In this document: positions 32,292 to 40,563 of the stretch, in pieces | Layout: the number at the start of each line of letters is the position of its first letter | Numbering within the stretch: the first letter of the stretch is position 1 | Virus record (IMG/VR): IMGVR_UViG_3300032167_000006 | DNA from: a virus | Taxonomy: Duplodnaviria; Caudoviricetes | DNA: 64,000 nt | Direction: 5' to 3' (one strand) | Notes under the pieces: model-generated | Told to the model about the DNA's origin: nothing | What the model saw: the letters and a program-made list of their open reading frames with translations, nothing else | Databases searched by the model: none | Position numbers and translations under genes: made by a program

Positions 32292-32420
32292 AAATTTATT
32301 AAGGCTGTTCATCAAACTCCATTTACTACAGCACACAGCTGAAAAGTAGTATTACTTATTTTCCACGTTTGAAACGGTCCTTGCCTCATACTATCAGCCA
32401 CGTAGCACCTTATTAAATTT
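32292..32420 (-). ncRNA. Repeated structured ncRNA, copy 2
   Basis: AAGGTGCTACGTGGC...GCTGTAGTAAATGGAGTTTGATGAACAGCCTT; 12/13-bp terminal stem. Confidence 0.7.
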
Positions 32421-32422
32421 AT

Positions 32423-32498
32423 TGGCTCCCCAAGTTGGACTCGAACCAACGACTCTGCGGTTAACAGCCGCATGCTCTACCGACTGAGCTATTGAGGA
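32423..32498 (-). tRNA. tRNA-Asn(GTT)
   Basis: TCCTCAATAGCTCAGTCGGTAGAGCA TGCGG-CT-GTT-AA-CCGCA...CCA. Confidence 0.95.
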
Positions 32499-32583
32499 AT
32501 GTTTAGGGATAAGTGATAGGAGGTTCACGCATGAACCTCCTAGATTATGGGCCCCACGAGCATTCATAATACGATCACTTAAG

Positions 32584-32659
32584 TGGCTCCCCCTGTTGGA
32601 CTCGAACCAACGACTCTGCGGTTAACAGCCGCATGCTCTACCGACTGAGCTAAGGAGGA
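32584..32659 (-). tRNA. tRNA-Asn(GTT), second copy
   Basis: Identical to 32423..32498 except compensatory acceptor-stem changes. Confidence 0.95.
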
Positions 32660-33072
32660 ATGTTTATTTGGTCGGTGCGCACCTACTACCTGAAGCATCT
32701 GCAACCTTTTAAGCTATTATCGAGGATTTTATAAAACATAATCGCGATAGCAAACATATTATGCAACCGCAATTATATGAGCTCAACCCCGTCAGGTTTC
32801 AACCAAATGTAGGCTTTATCCACTAAAAGAAAAAGAAGCATTCTTTAGATTTGCGTTAGCCGCTGTATACGGTAAAACTCTCTGTGTGGCGAACGACATG
32901 AGTTGCAAAGCACTTGATCCTACAGCAGTCTCCCACCTTAAAGAGCTAAGCTGCAACGATGTAATAACAAGTGATGTTAAATACAAAAATCCAATAACTT
33001 TTGTTAATACATCCAAAATTATTTTAACAAGCAACCATGCGGTTCTACCTTCTAAGAATGCAAAAGGAGAAA

Positions 33073-33159
33073 TGGTGCCGGTGACCAGACTCGAACTGGT
33101 ACGGTATTGCTACCACAGGATTTTAAGTCCTGGGTGTCTGCCAATTCCACCACACCGGC
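33073..33159 (-). tRNA. tRNA-Leu(TAA)
   Basis: GCCGGTGTGGTGGAATTGGCAGACACC CAGGA-CT-TAA-AA-TCCTG, long variable arm, CCA end. Confidence 0.95.
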
Positions 33160-33170
33160 ATTTGTAAAAT

Positions 33171-33280
33171 GTATATAATAAGGCCGTTCATTTCACTCCA
33201 TTTACTACTGCTCCTGTAATCCTTAGAATAGTCTTTGAGCTCCAAGACGTCTATAGGCTTCGTAGCACCTTATTATATAC
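33171..33280 (-). ncRNA. Repeated structured ncRNA, copy 3
   Basis: Perfect 13-bp terminal stem GTATATAATAAGG/CCTTATTATATAC enclosing the same conserved scaffold. Confidence 0.7.
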
Positions 33281-33325
33281 TAAAAGAAAAGCACATATAA
33301 AAGAATTCTTATATACATACACATA

Positions 33326-33358
33326 TATATTATATAATTAAATATACGTACTTTTACA
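33326..33358 (-). promoter_or_regulatory. Promoter of the tRNA/ncRNA operon; 33-bp exact repeat with 50281-50313
   Basis: TGTAAAAGTACGTATATTTAATTATATAATATA. Confidence 0.65.
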
Positions 33359-33369
33359 TATTCATTATT

Positions 33370-33990
33370 TTAAATGTTCCTTATCCCATATAATTGTATT
33401 TTTATATCTTTATTTAATATATCATTTACTTCATTAATAGGGATGTCACAAACATCGATATCATCAACAGGTTTAAAATGATTAAGTATATGAATAGCAA
33501 TAATTGCCTGATTCCATCTTTGAATTGTAGCCATAGCTGTAGTTAATAATCCGCCAGGCATAGGTTCTGTTGTTAAATAAAATACTTCAACTATTTTCCT
33601 AATAGCGTCATAGTATATAGAATTTCCAATTATAATTTTTAACTTATATGGATCAGTTTCTTCTGGTTCGTTTTCAGTTAAAAAATTAAAATAATCAACA
33701 AATATTACAAGTACTTTCTTACCATTGAATATTAAGAAATCATAACACTCTGTAGCATCATTTCCAACCATACCGGTAATAAAACGTACTTCATATTCAT
33801 CTACTATAATATCACTAATTTTTTGATACTGATTTGAATTTGGATCTTCTTTACATCCATTATTAAGTAGAATTAATTTAAGTATATTATCGATTTCTTC
33901 ATAATCAGTATCTATATTATAATAGGTAAATCCTTTAAGTAATTCATCATAGAATATCTCTATAGGATTAAACCCGTATTTTCCTTTCAT
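33370..33990 (-). CDS. Hypothetical protein
   Basis: 206 aa, coupled to the upstream ORF. Confidence 0.75.
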   Translation of the reverse strand: MKGKYGFNPIEIFYDELLKGFTYYNIDTDYEEIDNILKLILLNNGCKEDPNSNQYQKISDIIVDEYEVRFITGMVGNDATECYDFLIFNGKKVLVIFVDYFNFLTENEPEETDPYKLKIIIGNSIYYDAIRKIVEVFYLTTEPMPGGLLTTAMATIQRWNQAIIAIHILNHFKPVDDIDVCDIPINEVNDILNKDIKIQLYGIRNI

Positions 33991-34304
33991 TCAATCGCCT
34001 CCATAGGATTTATTACATCATCCCAAGTTGAATCGCCTACTTCTAAAGCATGAGGTGAATAATCAAACATAATTTCTCTTAATCGTGTTAATGGAATAAA
34101 TCCTTTCCACGTTGGCATCATTTTAAATACTGAATTGCAATTACAGCACATTCCTTCTGCATTATAATCCAATTCAGAATGATCTATAGTTTCTCCATCT
34201 GCATTTGTAAGAAACTTTCTAAGTTGACTTTCAAGTACGACAAATTGTTTATGCCCACATTTAGGACAAGCTCCAGAAGGAACAATATTAACCATCTCAA
34301 TCAT
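33987..34304 (-). CDS. Small Zn-ribbon protein
   Basis: CPKCG...CCNC; N-terminal IEMVNIV; same architecture as 31155..31454. Confidence 0.75.
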   Translation of the reverse strand: MIEMVNIVPSGACPKCGHKQFVVLESQLRKFLTNADGETIDHSELDYNAEGMCCNCNSVFKMMPTWKGFIPLTRLREIMFDYSPHALEVGDSTWDDVINPMEAIE

Positions 34305-34378
34305 AAAAAATTACCTCCATATCAGAATTCATAGGTAGAGAGTTTTAGTACTCTCTACCGTAATATGAATTTTGTAAT

Positions 34379-34642
34379 TTATTTTTTCTGAGGTGGTGTG
34401 TATTTAATTTTTCGAATATCGCCCTTGATAAGTACAATAGCATCAGGTTTAGAGTCATTAGGATCTCTAACAATAGATGTGTATCTTTTTGGAACACCTC
34501 TAACTGATACGGTTCCAAATGAAGTATTAGGACCGTGTACTTTTATCTGTAAAGCTTCTTCTTCGGCTGAATATACGAAATATCTAAGATACATAGATGA
34601 TGCATTATTCATAGCACCAGCACCTCCGTTTTTATTAATCAA
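34379..34642 (-). CDS. Hypothetical protein
   Basis: Short ORF after RNAP beta-N; GGAGG SD before the internal Met. Confidence 0.6.
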   Translation of the reverse strand: MINKNGGAGAMNNASSMYLRYFVYSAEEEALQIKVHGPNTSFGTVSVRGVPKRYTSIVRDPNDSKPDAIVLIKGDIRKIKYTPPQKK

Positions 34643-36422
34643 ATCTTTCGTAATACATTAAACCATCACCAAAGATATCAAATCCGTCGATAAATTCTTC
34701 TTGTGAATAAGTAAATAACGAATAATCAACTAATTTCTTAGCGACTTGTATACACTCATTGAGCACCTCATTATTTTTCTGTTCATCTTTAATTGATCCT
34801 ACAATTCTACACATTTCTTTTTTAGCAATCATCTTATTATAAGTATCAATTACTTTAGCAAGATCCGATTCCCATGTTGATGGTTCAGTATATTCTGAGA
34901 AATGATTATCATATAATGAAACAAGTGGACAAACTGTACCACTGATTCCAGGATCAGAGTTAGAAGAACTATCTATATCAACTCTGCCAAGATGAGATGG
35001 ATGAATAGATCTATATGCATTTGATATTGCATTAGCTTTTTCACCAATACCAGATACACCTTTATATGTATATTTAAGTGCAGTAATAGCATCGAGATCA
35101 TTAACACAATCTTTATAGTTAACTAACTGACATTTGCTTATAGAATTAATCAGATACATAGGAGATATTTGTAAAGCTTTCTTAATCGTAGTAAGATCTG
35201 CTTTATCACCTTTATCAGAAATTCTATAAATACCAGTTGCTAACTTGGAAGCATAATAAGAAGCTATATATTCAGCCCATCTTATTTTCTTTGTAGATAT
35301 GTCAAGATTATCTTTCTGACGTAATGAGTTAAACTCATACATCATCCAACGAAGCACTCTATACACATCTGACTTATCTTCCATATCAAGTTTAAGATCA
35401 TTCATTGTTATATCATCATAAATAAAATCAAGTGAATTTAAGATATTATAACCTTTTTCATGTATACTATCAAAATCTTTTGTAGTGAATTCCATACCAA
35501 GAGATTTAACCCATTCACTATTAGTAAATACATCTGAGAAAGATATATTCTTTGTTACATTATAAACTGTATATAATGTATATACAAATGACTGAACCAC
35601 TTGAACAGAATCATACATTAATTTATTTACGACAATATATGCATCTTTTACAGGGAAAATATAATTATCATCAGAATTGAATTCTTTAAATGATTTGGTA
35701 AAATAAACACCTTTTATACCAAGAAATTTCATAGATTCATAAAATCCCATTTTTGCTAATATATATTTCATTAGCAATAAAGATTTCTTAAACATATTTC
35801 CTACAAAATATGTACATGGAATTGCTCGTCCATTTAAATCTTTAAGAGTATTCATATATCTATAAACTCTTATAGGCATAAAGATAGTTTTAAAAGTTAT
35901 AGATTGTTTCTTAGCATTCTTTGCAGCACTATTATTATAAGTACTAGCATCTACAATCTGATACATTGCAGAATACATATTTCCATTTAGTCTAAAATAG
36001 AAACCATCAACAATCCTAGGTATAGCAATATATACTGTGATATTATCGCTTACTAAACCATTCTTCTTTTCAAAAATTTGTATAAAATAATCAACTTTTA
36101 TAATTTTAAGGTCTGAATCTTTTAAATTAATAAAATTATATTGATTATCTTTTGCTTTATAAACACTTTTTCCATCTTCAGATTTTTTACCTTTGCTAAG
36201 AATATTATCTTCATATTCCCAAAGGATATGATTTACATCATCATAGTCATCAATAACCTGAAAATTAGTAATTTTAATTGTAAAGACAGAATCACGTTCG
36301 CATGAATATACTACAGCTTTAATAGCTTCAATAAGATCATCATCTGATCTTTGAAATAATTCTTTAGTGAATTTAGGTCTATGAGTATTATTAAAATTAT
36401 AAATAAATTCTCTTTGATTCAT
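34635..36422 (-). CDS. rpoB: Phage multisubunit RNA polymerase beta subunit, N-terminal part
   Basis: IAIPRIVDGFYFRLNGNMYSAMYQ (cf. [22 protein letters not shown]) and RSIHPSHLGRVDIDSSSNSDPG (cf. [23 protein letters not shown]); likely start 36422. Confidence 0.9.
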   Translation of the reverse strand: MNQREFIYNFNNTHRPKFTKELFQRSDDDLIEAIKAVVYSCERDSVFTIKITNFQVIDDYDDVNHILWEYEDNILSKGKKSEDGKSVYKAKDNQYNFINLKDSDLKIIKVDYFIQIFEKKNGLVSDNITVYIAIPRIVDGFYFRLNGNMYSAMYQIVDASTYNNSAAKNAKKQSITFKTIFMPIRVYRYMNTLKDLNGRAIPCTYFVGNMFKKSLLLMKYILAKMGFYESMKFLGIKGVYFTKSFKEFNSDDNYIFPVKDAYIVVNKLMYDSVQVVQSFVYTLYTVYNVTKNISFSDVFTNSEWVKSLGMEFTTKDFDSIHEKGYNILNSLDFIYDDITMNDLKLDMEDKSDVYRVLRWMMYEFNSLRQKDNLDISTKKIRWAEYIASYYASKLATGIYRISDKGDKADLTTIKKALQISPMYLINSISKCQLVNYKDCVNDLDAITALKYTYKGVSGIGEKANAISNAYRSIHPSHLGRVDIDSSSNSDPGISGTVCPLVSLYDNHFSEYTEPSTWESDLAKVIDTYNKMIAKKEMCRIVGSIKDEQKNNEVLNECIQVAKKLVDYSLFTYSQEEFIDGFDIFGDGLMYYERFD

Positions 36423-36424
36423 AA

Positions 36425-36808
36425 TTAGCACCCCATAATATTGCAAGAATAGTTTCTTATTGTGAAATTTAAACCATTAGGATCTTTAATAAATGATTCA
36501 TCGTTTTCATCTTCACCAATAAAGGCTTTGAATTTATTCCATTCATCTTCAGTTTGATCCTTATATCTATCTCTTAAATCTCCAATAATAGTAATTACAA
36601 CCCTCGTTTGAAATTCTCTAAATCCTTCGTCATCATAAATACTATGATTATGACCAGAAAGTACATTAACAAACACATCTGCAGGGCCTTCGCTACCTGT
36701 TATTTTTGGTGCTTTTTCAAGTAATTTTTCTACATGCTCTTTGATATTATCACTTTCAATATATGTGTCTACATCAAGAGATGCTGTTATATGTGTCCAC
36801 CAACTCAT
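36425..36808 (-). CDS. Hypothetical protein
   Basis: 127 aa, in operon. Confidence 0.7.
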   Translation of the reverse strand: MSWWTHITASLDVDTYIESDNIKEHVEKLLEKAPKITGSEGPADVFVNVLSGHNHSIYDDEGFREFQTRVVITIIGDLRDRYKDQTEDEWNKFKAFIGEDENDESFIKDPNGLNFTIRNYSCNIMGC

Positions 36809-36809
36809 A

Positions 36810-37436
36810 TTAAACTCTCCCTTCTGTAAGATCTATTACTATGGTTTGATGCATAGGATTAGGAGTATTTTCATCTCTATCTCTAATAGTAAGATCGACA
36901 GAAATATCAAGAGCATTACTAATACTAATCAATTTACCAAGTGTTATAGAATTACCTTTAAGTAATCTCATATCATTCTGAAATTGATCAAATCTATCTT
37001 CGTATTGTTTTGTATCTATACGCTTAAGATTAATAGCAGTCTTTAAAGCTCTCATTTCAGGAGTATCTTTTTCGCCTATTTTAAGACATAATACATTATC
37101 ACTAGTAGTCATTATTTCATCTTGTATATCGCGAATTATTTGCTGTTTTTCAAATACCTCTCCTATAGATTTAGGATTAGTAAAATCAATAATTTTATCC
37201 GGATCATATTCTGCCGTGTTATCCGGTTTTTCAACTATAGCTACCATAGCTCCATTTTGGTAATAAATACCAGGACCAGTTTCTCCAACTCTACTTTTTA
37301 TAGGTAAGATACATTCTCCTGGTCTTTCAATTGCTGTAAATTTTGGAGAATATAAATCTGGATGATCAGTATAATCATCCATATCAGTTACACTGTATAG
37401 TCTTCCATCAATTTCTGCTTTTTTCATCTCAGACAC
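36810..37436 (-). CDS. Putative DNA-binding protein with XRE-like HTH C-terminus
   Basis: NSITLGKLISISNALDISV resembles the end of an XRE HTH. Confidence 0.55.
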   Translation of the reverse strand: MSEMKKAEIDGRLYSVTDMDDYTDHPDLYSPKFTAIERPGECILPIKSRVGETGPGIYYQNGAMVAIVEKPDNTAEYDPDKIIDFTNPKSIGEVFEKQQIIRDIQDEIMTTSDNVLCLKIGEKDTPEMRALKTAINLKRIDTKQYEDRFDQFQNDMRLLKGNSITLGKLISISNALDISVDLTIRDRDENTPNPMHQTIVIDLTEGRV

Positions 37437-37495
37437 CTACTTTCAAAAAATAAAATAATTTGGGGCGAGAAATTAATCTCACCCCAATAATAATT

Positions 37496-38203
37496 TTACT
37501 TATCAAGCGCTGTATCGTCTTTAACAACCTGTTTCAGATGACCATCAGGAGTAATAGCAAATACTTTTTCTCCATCTTCTACTGAAACTGATGCTACAAA
37601 GTATCCAGGAAGCTCAATATCAACAACTTCGTCTTCTTTAGCTTCACGATCAAGTACCTGAAGAAGTGTATCTATTACAAGACCACAAGCATCAAACATG
37701 TACTGTGTATGCTGGAACTGAATAGATGCTACATCATAAGAAACTTTATCGAAGATAGCTTTAAAAGCATCTGAGCTATACAGATATTTCTTAAGAGACT
37801 TACTCTTCTCCAAAGTATCAAGAGTTTTAGAATCAAATGTCATTGTAAAACTCCAGTTACCAGGCTCATCAGGATTATCTTTATTTTCATGATATTCAAC
37901 AATACCTGCAAACTTAAAGTTGCCTGATGTGTCTACAAGAACAATAGCTACAGCTTCGTCTGCCTTCGAAACTTTAACCTTTGATAAATATGCTGCTGTT
38001 GCTGTAAAGAAAGACTTTACAATACGCTCAGGACGATCATCATCGCCAAAAGCAAAGCCAATACTATTACTATTGACTACAAATGCCTGATGCATCTCTG
38101 TTTCTTCATATGTCTTAGCCGCACCCATATTGCTGAACAAGCCAAGTGCATATGCTGAATTTTTGTACATTGCATCAAATGTTGTCTCTTTAAAATTTTT
38201 CAT
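37496..38203 (-). CDS. Hypothetical protein
   Basis: 235 aa, GGAGG SD, own promoter motif and terminator. Confidence 0.8.
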   Translation of the reverse strand: MKNFKETTFDAMYKNSAYALGLFSNMGAAKTYEETEMHQAFVVNSNSIGFAFGDDDRPERIVKSFFTATAAYLSKVKVSKADEAVAIVLVDTSGNFKFAGIVEYHENKDNPDEPGNWSFTMTFDSKTLDTLEKSKSLKKYLYSSDAFKAIFDKVSYDVASIQFQHTQYMFDACGLVIDTLLQVLDREAKEDEVVDIELPGYFVASVSVEDGEKVFAITPDGHLKQVVKDDTALDK

Positions 38204-38283
38204 TTTGGTTTTCCTCCATAAAATAATAATTAATGTATATCTTTATACTCAATTATATTATACATTTATAATTAAGTTTAAAG

Positions 38284-40563
38284 CTATTGTAAAACTATAT
38301 TATTTGCTTCTAAGAATCCAGATTTATTAAATACCGGAATTCCATACTTTTTAGCTTTCTGCACTTTTGATGAAATAGAATTGATATCATCTGCTATAAG
38401 TGCAAATGTATCTTTAGTTACAGAATATTTATCACTTGCATCAAATCCATTATTAATTAAAAGCTGGATGAATGCAGAATCTCTAAATCCTGTAATTGCT
38501 ATCCTTGGACCAGTAGATAATCCTTTAGAATTAATAATATGGAAATTATCTATACAATATTGTACATCTTTATCATATAATAAAAATCCTTCCACAATAG
38601 CATCCACTGTCTTTGGACCAATGCCATTTATATTAATTAATTTTTCATGATCAGTAAAGATTTGATGCATTAATTCTTGTAATGTGTAATTTCTAAAAAT
38701 TAATTTCCAAGTCTCATCTGCCATTCCATCAAAGCTGAAAGCTGACATAAGCTTATAATCCATTATTTCAGAATTTTTAAGTTGCTCTATATAAGATAGT
38801 AGATTTGAACTATTTATAGGTCCTAAAAATTGTACTTGCTCATAAGTTAAATTCATTAATTTACTAAATGAAGTTAATTTAAGAGCTCTAACTGTTTCTT
38901 CTGAGAAATCTTTAAAACCAAATCTATCAATCATATCAACCATTCTCATTATAGAACGTTCATAACATTTTACATTTGGGCATTTAGCAGATTTTCCAGA
39001 ATCAGATATAATTAATTCAGTACCACAACATGGACAATGAGTGATAAATTCAACAGGTTTTTCTTTTTGATCTCTATTATGCTGTGTGTCAGGTTTCGTA
39101 ATATAGGTGATTACGTCATTTACATAATCAATATCTATCTCGTCACCAACAGCAAGATTCAATTCTTTAAATCTTTTATATGAATGAATAGTCTGTTTGG
39201 TGTGAATACCTCCTATGAATTCACAGGCTTTAAAATGACACATCGGTATAATATCACCAGATTTACCAATAGAATATGAATATCCTAAGAATAAAGTTCT
39301 GGCGTTGCGAGGATTAAATTTAATTGCCATTGAATATTTATTAACTGAATTAATTCTACCAAGCCTATTAATTTTATCTTTATCGATAAATGATACTACA
39401 ACTCCATCTATCATATAAGGTAAAATCTTTCTAATAGTCTCTGCAGATTCTACAAACTGTTTGACCTGAAATAATATAGATTGATAGTCTCCTTTAAGAA
39501 TACAAAATCTATTATATTCTCCAGAATGATAATATTTATTTAAGAAATTAAGTTCGGGAATTCTATCCATCTCCAGAGATGTAGCTATTGGTATTAATGT
39601 AATATAATCTATGTAATTGTAAGCATCACTTGCACCACATAAACCAATTATTGCATTTCTTCCATTCTTATAACTCTTACCTCTGGCTTCTGATAAACGC
39701 TGAAGGTTATAATAAGTTATAACAGCCTCAAATTTCATGCCAAATGTAATATCTGTTGGTACATCTTTAGCATTATGAAATTTATATCCGCCAAATATTG
39801 GAGTTAAATCGGTTGCAATATTATCTCCAGTATCTCCACGAGATAGTGCGCTTATAATTGTATCTCCACATACTTCAGCCTCAACTGAAATACCATCATA
39901 TTTTAATTCAGCTACCATTTCAAATTCTTCATTTGGATATATTATTCCTTGATCCAAACACTTATGAATAAAATCCCTTTCAAATATCTGAACTGATGGT
40001 TTATCATATACGTTAGCTATAACAGCATCATTGTTTAAAACAAATTTACATTTATCTAACGTACCAACCAATTCTGGATATTTATGTTCTGTATTAATAA
40101 GTCTTTTAGTAATAGGTTCTCTAACTAAAAAGCACATATTAACAGGTCTCATCTCACGCAATGGAGTATGCTGTTTCCAAATATCTCTAGTAAATAATTT
40201 ATCATCCATATTATCTACAGCTACACACATTACTTTTTCAGTTTCAACTTCATTTTGAGGCTGCTCCTTGAATATTATAGGAGCAGCACCAACTTGATAG
40301 TTAGGATCATAGTTATAATACTTTACAGCCAGCTGATCATATATACCATCATCTAATGGAAGTAAAGTATTGCTTGTATTATTGTATGCAATATTACTAA
40401 TTCTTAATATTAAATTAGCCATATTAATCATACCTTCATTCCAATCTTGGCAATTAATTAAATTAACTGCCATGTTGCTAAGTTCTGCACAAGTTTTAGT
40501 ATCATTCAGTAGTTCTGGATTTCCTTTTTCCAACTCCGACAACATCTTTTCTAACTTGACCAT
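38284..40563 (-). CDS. ligA: NAD-dependent DNA ligase
   Basis: ELKYDGIS adenylation motif, RGD, IDGVV, AIKF, C4 Zn finger, HhH (GIGPKT), BRCT (ITG); likely start 40563. Confidence 0.92.
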   Translation of the reverse strand: MVKLEKMLSELEKGNPELLNDTKTCAELSNMAVNLINCQDWNEGMINMANLILRISNIAYNNTSNTLLPLDDGIYDQLAVKYYNYDPNYQVGAAPIIFKEQPQNEVETEKVMCVAVDNMDDKLFTRDIWKQHTPLREMRPVNMCFLVREPITKRLINTEHKYPELVGTLDKCKFVLNNDAVIANVYDKPSVQIFERDFIHKCLDQGIIYPNEEFEMVAELKYDGISVEAEVCGDTIISALSRGDTGDNIATDLTPIFGGYKFHNAKDVPTDITFGMKFEAVITYYNLQRLSEARGKSYKNGRNAIIGLCGASDAYNYIDYITLIPIATSLEMDRIPELNFLNKYYHSGEYNRFCILKGDYQSILFQVKQFVESAETIRKILPYMIDGVVVSFIDKDKINRLGRINSVNKYSMAIKFNPRNARTLFLGYSYSIGKSGDIIPMCHFKACEFIGGIHTKQTIHSYKRFKELNLAVGDEIDIDYVNDVITYITKPDTQHNRDQKEKPVEFITHCPCCGTELIISDSGKSAKCPNVKCYERSIMRMVDMIDRFGFKDFSEETVRALKLTSFSKLMNLTYEQVQFLGPINSSNLLSYIEQLKNSEIMDYKLMSAFSFDGMADETWKLIFRNYTLQELMHQIFTDHEKLININGIGPKTVDAIVEGFLLYDKDVQYCIDNFHIINSKGLSTGPRIAITGFRDSAFIQLLINNGFDASDKYSVTKDTFALIADDINSISSKVQKAKKYGIPVFNKSGFLEANNIVLQ

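Noticed and set aside
32816-33034. tmRNA or real CDS (ends AANANLKNASFSFSG)
   Set aside because: No tmRNA acceptor ends or T-arm found, the tag does not end in AA, and there is no convincing SD/start.
31527-33167. Track ORFs 31527..31787, 31842..32039 and 32886..33167
   Set aside because: They overlap tRNA genes or structured RNA; spurious.
32079-33280. CRISPR-like mini-array (conserved repeats with variable spacers)
   Set aside because: Each unit has two different conserved arms that pair with each other; the inserts are of unequal length and self-structured; tRNAs are interspersed; no cas genes are visible.
31419-34823. The EMCxIV motif as a DNA repeat (21-nt identity near 31419 and 34800)
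   Set aside because: Other copies differ at synonymous positions and are always in frame on the coding strand, so it is a protein-level motif.
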